64,000 nucleotides of DNA from Treponemataceae bacterium (lineage in GTDB: Bacteria; Spirochaetota; Spirochaetia; Treponematales; Rectinemataceae): positions 32,001 to 96,000 of the forward strand of contig CAXXHO010000005.1 in the NCBI GenBank assembly GCA_963667725.2, read 5' to 3'. The notes below the pieces were generated by a model. That model did no database searches. It worked only from the letters and a program-made list of their open reading frames with translations, and was not told the origin of the DNA. Position 1 is the stretch's first letter, and every line of letters begins with the position of its first letter. The position numbers and the translations under genes were made by a program. Positions 59,995-64,000 of the stretch are shown here, piece by piece.

Positions 59995-62404
59995 GGCCTT
60001 CATGATCTTGGCCGCGGTCGCAAGCTGCTCTCTGGCTCAACCCAGCCCCGGTCGGATCCATGCGGCGGATCCGGCGGCTGACTCGCGCATCGTCTTCCCG
60101 CTATCGAAACTGCCCGGGATGGTGCTGCACGACCAAGGCCGCATTTTTACCAGCCCAGCCCGCATGCATCCGCGCGACCTGGCCTGGATAGCACCGCTGA
60201 GCGCCGGCTTGAGTGTTTTGGCTCTCTCCGACCGTCGCAACATGCAGGAGCGCATTCATACCAACGCTCTCGCGCGAAGCCGAAGCCTGACGGTGTCGAA
60301 TGTTGGAACCGGCTCGCTTCTCGCCATCCCGGCTGTGCTCTATTGGAGCGGGTGGCGTCATGGTGACGATTCGACGCGCAGCACGGCGCTACAGGGATTC
60401 CGCGCGATTGCCGATACGGTTGTCGCGGCGGAGCTGATCCGGACAGTTGCCCGGCGTGAACGTCCCTCTGGCGAAAACAGCTCCGGAGATTTCTTCCGTG
60501 CGGGCGCCCTCTCCTCGTCATTCCCCTCCATGCATGCCGCGGTTTCATGGGCCGTAGCGTCCGTTGTGAGCGAGCGATATCCAGGCTGGTTGACCCGGGT
60601 CCTGGCATATGGCTTGGCCGGAGGCGTCAGTCTGAGCCGGGTGACTTCGTACCAGCACTTTCCGGCTGACGCGGTCGCAGGCAGTGCGCTTGGGTGGCTC
60701 ATCGGCAGGCACGTTGCCCGTTCGGAAAGGGCATCCTGTCCGGCGTGCAGGCTCTACAGGCCGGAGCCGGCAGGCCGCACCGATCCGCACGGCGATGTTG
60801 CTGGGGAGGCCGAGCCGGAGAGCTTCCGAAGTTCCGGTTCTGTCTATGTGCCTCTCGATAGCTGGGTTTATGGCGCGCTGGACCGGCTCGCGGCATTCGG
60901 GCTGATTCCCTCGCAGATCGCCGGGCTGCGGCCTTGGACTCGCGCTGAGTGCGGTCGCGAGATGCGGGAAGCGGACAGCCTCCTGAAGGAAGCCGGGAAG
61001 GCGGGTTTTGTGGATGAAGCCGGGGAGTTGCTGACCGCGCTGCGCCGCGAACTGGATTCCGATGGCGGTTCCCCGGCTGTGGTGCTGGAATCGGTCTATT
61101 TCCGCAATGGCGTGATCGCCGGGCCGATGTTGAACGATAGTTTCCATTTCGGCCAGACCTGGATCAACGATTTCGGACGGCCCTATGGCCGCGGTTGGAA
61201 CTCATATGGAGGTTTTACGGCGCGTGCTGCATCCGGCCGCTTCTTCGCCTACGTGCGAGGCGAATATCAGCAAGCGCCGGGCGGCCCAGCCGATTCGCTC
61301 GCGGTCCGGGAAACGATTGCCCGGCTGGACGGCACGCCGCTGCGGCAGGCAAGTCCTGTGGCGGAAACGGAGCGGTTCCGCACTCTCGAAGCATATGCCG
61401 GCGTGCGAGTGGGCGATCTGGAATTCTCGGTGGGGAAGCAGGCGATGTGGTGGGGTCCGACGTATGACGCGCCACTCGCGTTCAGCAACAATGCCGAGCC
61501 GGCGAAGAACTTCAAAGTTTCCATGGTGCATCCCGTGCGGCTGCCCGGAGTCTTCGGCTACCTGGGCGACATCCGTGGTGAGTTCGTGATGGGGAAGCTG
61601 GGAGGCCATCAGTACACCTGGCGCCCCTGGTTCAACGCGCAGAAGCTCACGTTCAAACTGACCGGGAACCTGGAGCTGGGATTCACGCGATGGTCGATCT
61701 TCTGGGGCGTGGGGCACCCGATCACGGCGCGCAGTTTCATTCGGAATTTCACGTCCACCACCAGCCCGCGCGACGCAACCGGCGCCGGTGCGAGTGACCC
61801 AGGCGATCGCAAGGCCGGTTTCGATTTCCGGTACCGGATTCCCGGCTTGCGAAACTGGCTCACGGTTTACAGCGACTCCTACTGTGACGATGATCCATCG
61901 CCGCTGGCCGCGCCGCGCCGGGCGGCGATCAGCCCCGGCATTTATCTGTCCCACGTGCCCGGGATTCCGCGGTTGGATTTTCGCGTGGAAGCCCCTTCGA
62001 CACAGCCCATGGCCACCGACCTGGGTGGCACCTTCATCTACTACAACGGCCAGTATCGCAGCGGCAATACCAATTACGGCCGGTTAATGGGCAATGCCGT
62101 CGGCCGCGACGGACGCGCCATTCAAGCCTGGTCCAGCTATCACTTTTCAGCCAGAACCAAAGCCGAGGCCGGCTACCGTGAGCTGAAGGTCAGTTCACAG
62201 TTCCTTCCCGGCGGATCCACGCAGTCTGACGGCACGCTGAAGGTATCGCTGCAGCTCGGTCGCAGTTGGAGTGCGGGCATTCAGTTTCAGTACGAGAGAT
62301 TCTGGGTTCCGGTGCTCGGCGGACCACACAGAAATCTTAGCGGGGTGGTGCAGTTGGCATGGGAACCAAATTTACTGTTACTCAAAAGGGATCATCAGCA
62401 GTGA
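59969..62404 (+). CDS. wzi: PAP2 phosphatase domain fused to capsule assembly protein Wzi
   Basis: PAP2 motifs RRERP, SFPSMH and SRV...QHFPAD. Wzi-type YVPLDSWVY.ALDRL..G, RPWTR.EC and GKQAMWWGP...FSNNAEP. Confidence 0.85.
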   Translation: MNLRIQICKAFMILAAVASCSLAQPSPGRIHAADPAADSRIVFPLSKLPGMVLHDQGRIFTSPARMHPRDLAWIAPLSAGLSVLALSDRRNMQERIHTNALARSRSLTVSNVGTGSLLAIPAVLYWSGWRHGDDSTRSTALQGFRAIADTVVAAELIRTVARRERPSGENSSGDFFRAGALSSSFPSMHAAVSWAVASVVSERYPGWLTRVLAYGLAGGVSLSRVTSYQHFPADAVAGSALGWLIGRHVARSERASCPACRLYRPEPAGRTDPHGDVAGEAEPESFRSSGSVYVPLDSWVYGALDRLAAFGLIPSQIAGLRPWTRAECGREMREADSLLKEAGKAGFVDEAGELLTALRRELDSDGGSPAVVLESVYFRNGVIAGPMLNDSFHFGQTWINDFGRPYGRGWNSYGGFTARAASGRFFAYVRGEYQQAPGGPADSLAVRETIARLDGTPLRQASPVAETERFRTLEAYAGVRVGDLEFSVGKQAMWWGPTYDAPLAFSNNAEPAKNFKVSMVHPVRLPGVFGYLGDIRGEFVMGKLGGHQYTWRPWFNAQKLTFKLTGNLELGFTRWSIFWGVGHPITARSFIRNFTSTTSPRDATGAGASDPGDRKAGFDFRYRIPGLRNWLTVYSDSYCDDDPSPLAAPRRAAISPGIYLSHVPGIPRLDFRVEAPSTQPMATDLGGTFIYYNGQYRSGNTNYGRLMGNAVGRDGRAIQAWSSYHFSARTKAEAGYRELKVSSQFLPGGSTQSDGTLKVSLQLGRSWSAGIQFQYERFWVPVLGGPHRNLSGVVQLAWEPNLLLLKRDHQQ

Positions 62405-64000
62405 CCTGTCCTAAAAGGCTTTCCAGGGTTTTCCACCTGAGCGTTTTCGTTTTGTGGGGGCTGATGCTTGCTACCCGTGTGCACGCGCAGGCCGAAGCGC
62501 CAGATCCATCCGATGTTCTGAGAGCCACCCAGACGGACGCGGAGCGGTGCAGCGGTCCGCTCGGAAATCTGCTTCCGGAGTGCAGGCAAGGCAAGACCGC
62601 CATCAACATCAGCACGAATGACAAGCCAGGGAATCAGCCGCCTGGCGCGGCACTCCGGATTCCTCCGTCAAAGGAGACGCCTTCCGATGTCTCTCCACGG
62701 GAGCCGCAGCAGGCAGCGAAGCCCGCGGCCCCTACCGAGTTTCAGCGTTTCGTCGCTTCCTCCATTGGCGAGACGTTACCGGTTTTTGGCGCCGACCTCT
62801 TTCAAAACGTACCCACCACGTTTGCACCTTTGGACAGCGTTCCTGTTACCAGCGACTACGCGATAGGACCAGGGGACGAACTCCTGTTGCGTGTGTGGGG
62901 ACAAGTGAATCTCGATCTGGCCCTCACGGTGGATCGTACCGGTTCGATCTTCATTCCGCAGGTCGGGAACATCGCGGTCGCGGGGATCCAGTTTCAACAG
63001 CTTTCTTCCTATCTGCGAGCGCAACTGGCGCGCATGTTCCGGAATTTCGATATGAGCGTCAATTTGGGCCAGTTGCGCTCGATCCAGATTTTCGTCATGG
63101 GCCAGGCGCGCCGCCCGGGAACTTACACGGTCAGTTCGCTAAGCACGCTGGTCAACGCTCTTTTTGCATCCGGCGGACCTGCCCCCCAAGGCTCGATGCG
63201 CAAAATCCAGCTCAAGAGAGGCGCCGCGGTAGTGACGGAGCTGGATCTTTACGATCTCCTGTTGCGAGGGGACAAATCGAGAGATGCGAGTCTTCTGCCT
63301 GGCGACGTGGTCTATATCCCTCCGGCGGGCCCGCAAGTGGCGGTAGCGGGCAGCGTAAAGACTCCGGGGATCTATGAAGTGTTGCCGGGGACCACCGCGG
63401 ACCAGTTGATCGGCATGGCCGGCGGGCTTTCCGCCTTAGCGGACGGCACCCGCGCAATCGTGGAGCGGATCGAGAACCGCAGTGTGCGGGAGTCCATCAA
63501 CATCCGGCTTGATCGCGCCGGGCTTGCCACTCCCATGGCCGAGGGAGACCTGTTGCACGTGCTCACGATCACTCCGCGGATCGCCAATGCCGTGACCCTC
63601 CGCGGAAACGTAGCGAATCCGGGCCGGTTCCCCTGGCATGCAGGGATGCGGATCCGCGATGTCATACCGGAGAAGGCATCACTGGTGACGCGCGAGTATT
63701 GGAAGAAGCGAAACGTCCTGGGCTTCATTTCTCCGGCGGAGGCCATTCCGCAGGTGCCCTCGGCGGAAGCATCCCGCAGCCCCGCCACCACGACGATAGC
63801 GACGGAAGTGCCGGATATTAACTGGTCCTATGCGGTGATCGAGCGCCAGAATCCGGCGAACCTGGCGGCGGACCTCATCCCGTTTCACCTCGGCAAGCTA
63901 GTCCTCGACAATGATGAGAGTCAAAACCTGGAACTGCGGCCCGGCGACGTCGTGACGATTTTCTCCCAGAGCGATATCCGCGTCGCGATGGCCCAGCAGA
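62401..64000 (+). CDS. Polysaccharide export protein with SLBB domains (Wza/KpsD-like), runs off the right edge
   Basis: Manual translation from GTG 62401, which overlaps the wzi stop: PVFGADLF..PTTFAP..DYAIGPGDELLLRVWGQ..VDRTGSIFIPQVG..GQARRPGTY..GSMRKIQL. Confidence 0.9.
   Translation, partial: MTCPKRLSRVFHLSVFVLWGLMLATRVHAQAEAPDPSDVLRATQTDAERCSGPLGNLLPECRQGKTAINISTNDKPGNQPPGAALRIPPSKETPSDVSPREPQQAAKPAAPTEFQRFVASSIGETLPVFGADLFQNVPTTFAPLDSVPVTSDYAIGPGDELLLRVWGQVNLDLALTVDRTGSIFIPQVGNIAVAGIQFQQLSSYLRAQLARMFRNFDMSVNLGQLRSIQIFVMGQARRPGTYTVSSLSTLVNALFASGGPAPQGSMRKIQLKRGAAVVTELDLYDLLLRGDKSRDASLLPGDVVYIPPAGPQVAVAGSVKTPGIYEVLPGTTADQLIGMAGGLSALADGTRAIVERIENRSVRESINIRLDRAGLATPMAEGDLLHVLTITPRIANAVTLRGNVANPGRFPWHAGMRIRDVIPEKASLVTREYWKKRNVLGFISPAEAIPQVPSAEASRSPATTTIATEVPDINWSYAVIERQNPANLAADLIPFHLGKLVLDNDESQNLELRPGDVVTIFSQSDIRVAMAQQ

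Overview
This looks like part of a secondary replicon (plasmid or chromid), or an integrated copy of one, from an Acidobacteria of the Solibacter/Bryobacteraceae type. The taxonomy is inferred from a Solibacter-type C-terminal domain and a PAP2-Wzi fusion. (1) 1-33.9 kb is a >33 kb minus-strand Wzx/Wzy exopolysaccharide/capsule cluster. It is headed by a NusG-paralog antiterminator preceded by an ops consensus element. It contains glycosyltransferases, a WbpB/D/E-like nucleotide-sugar set, a UDP-GlcNAc 2-epimerase, an AsnB-type amidotransferase and deacetylases. It also holds a ~2960-aa secreted protein with a near-perfect 1764-bp internal duplication, split by two different IS elements at one CTAG. 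An NRPS-type adenylation gene starts at the left edge. (2) 34-50 kb encodes two giant cohesin/Ig-repeat surface proteins and small partner proteins. (3) 50-59 kb is a replicon backbone with three type II TA modules, a Rep initiator with an iteron origin, an HNH protein, a tyrosine recombinase and an unusual ParB-less partition-like operon (small HTH, atypical ParA, winged-helix protein). The coding sequence of that winged-helix protein is built from about 20 copies of a palindrome (ACCCATGGGT), mostly in 15-bp phase. (4) 59.3-64 kb has a sigma70 promoter, a highly structured ~370-nt leader, and an RHH, PAP2-Wzi, Wza/SLBB capsule export operon. No rRNA, tRNA or CRISPR array was seen. All family assignments come from motif recognition by eye, not from database searches.
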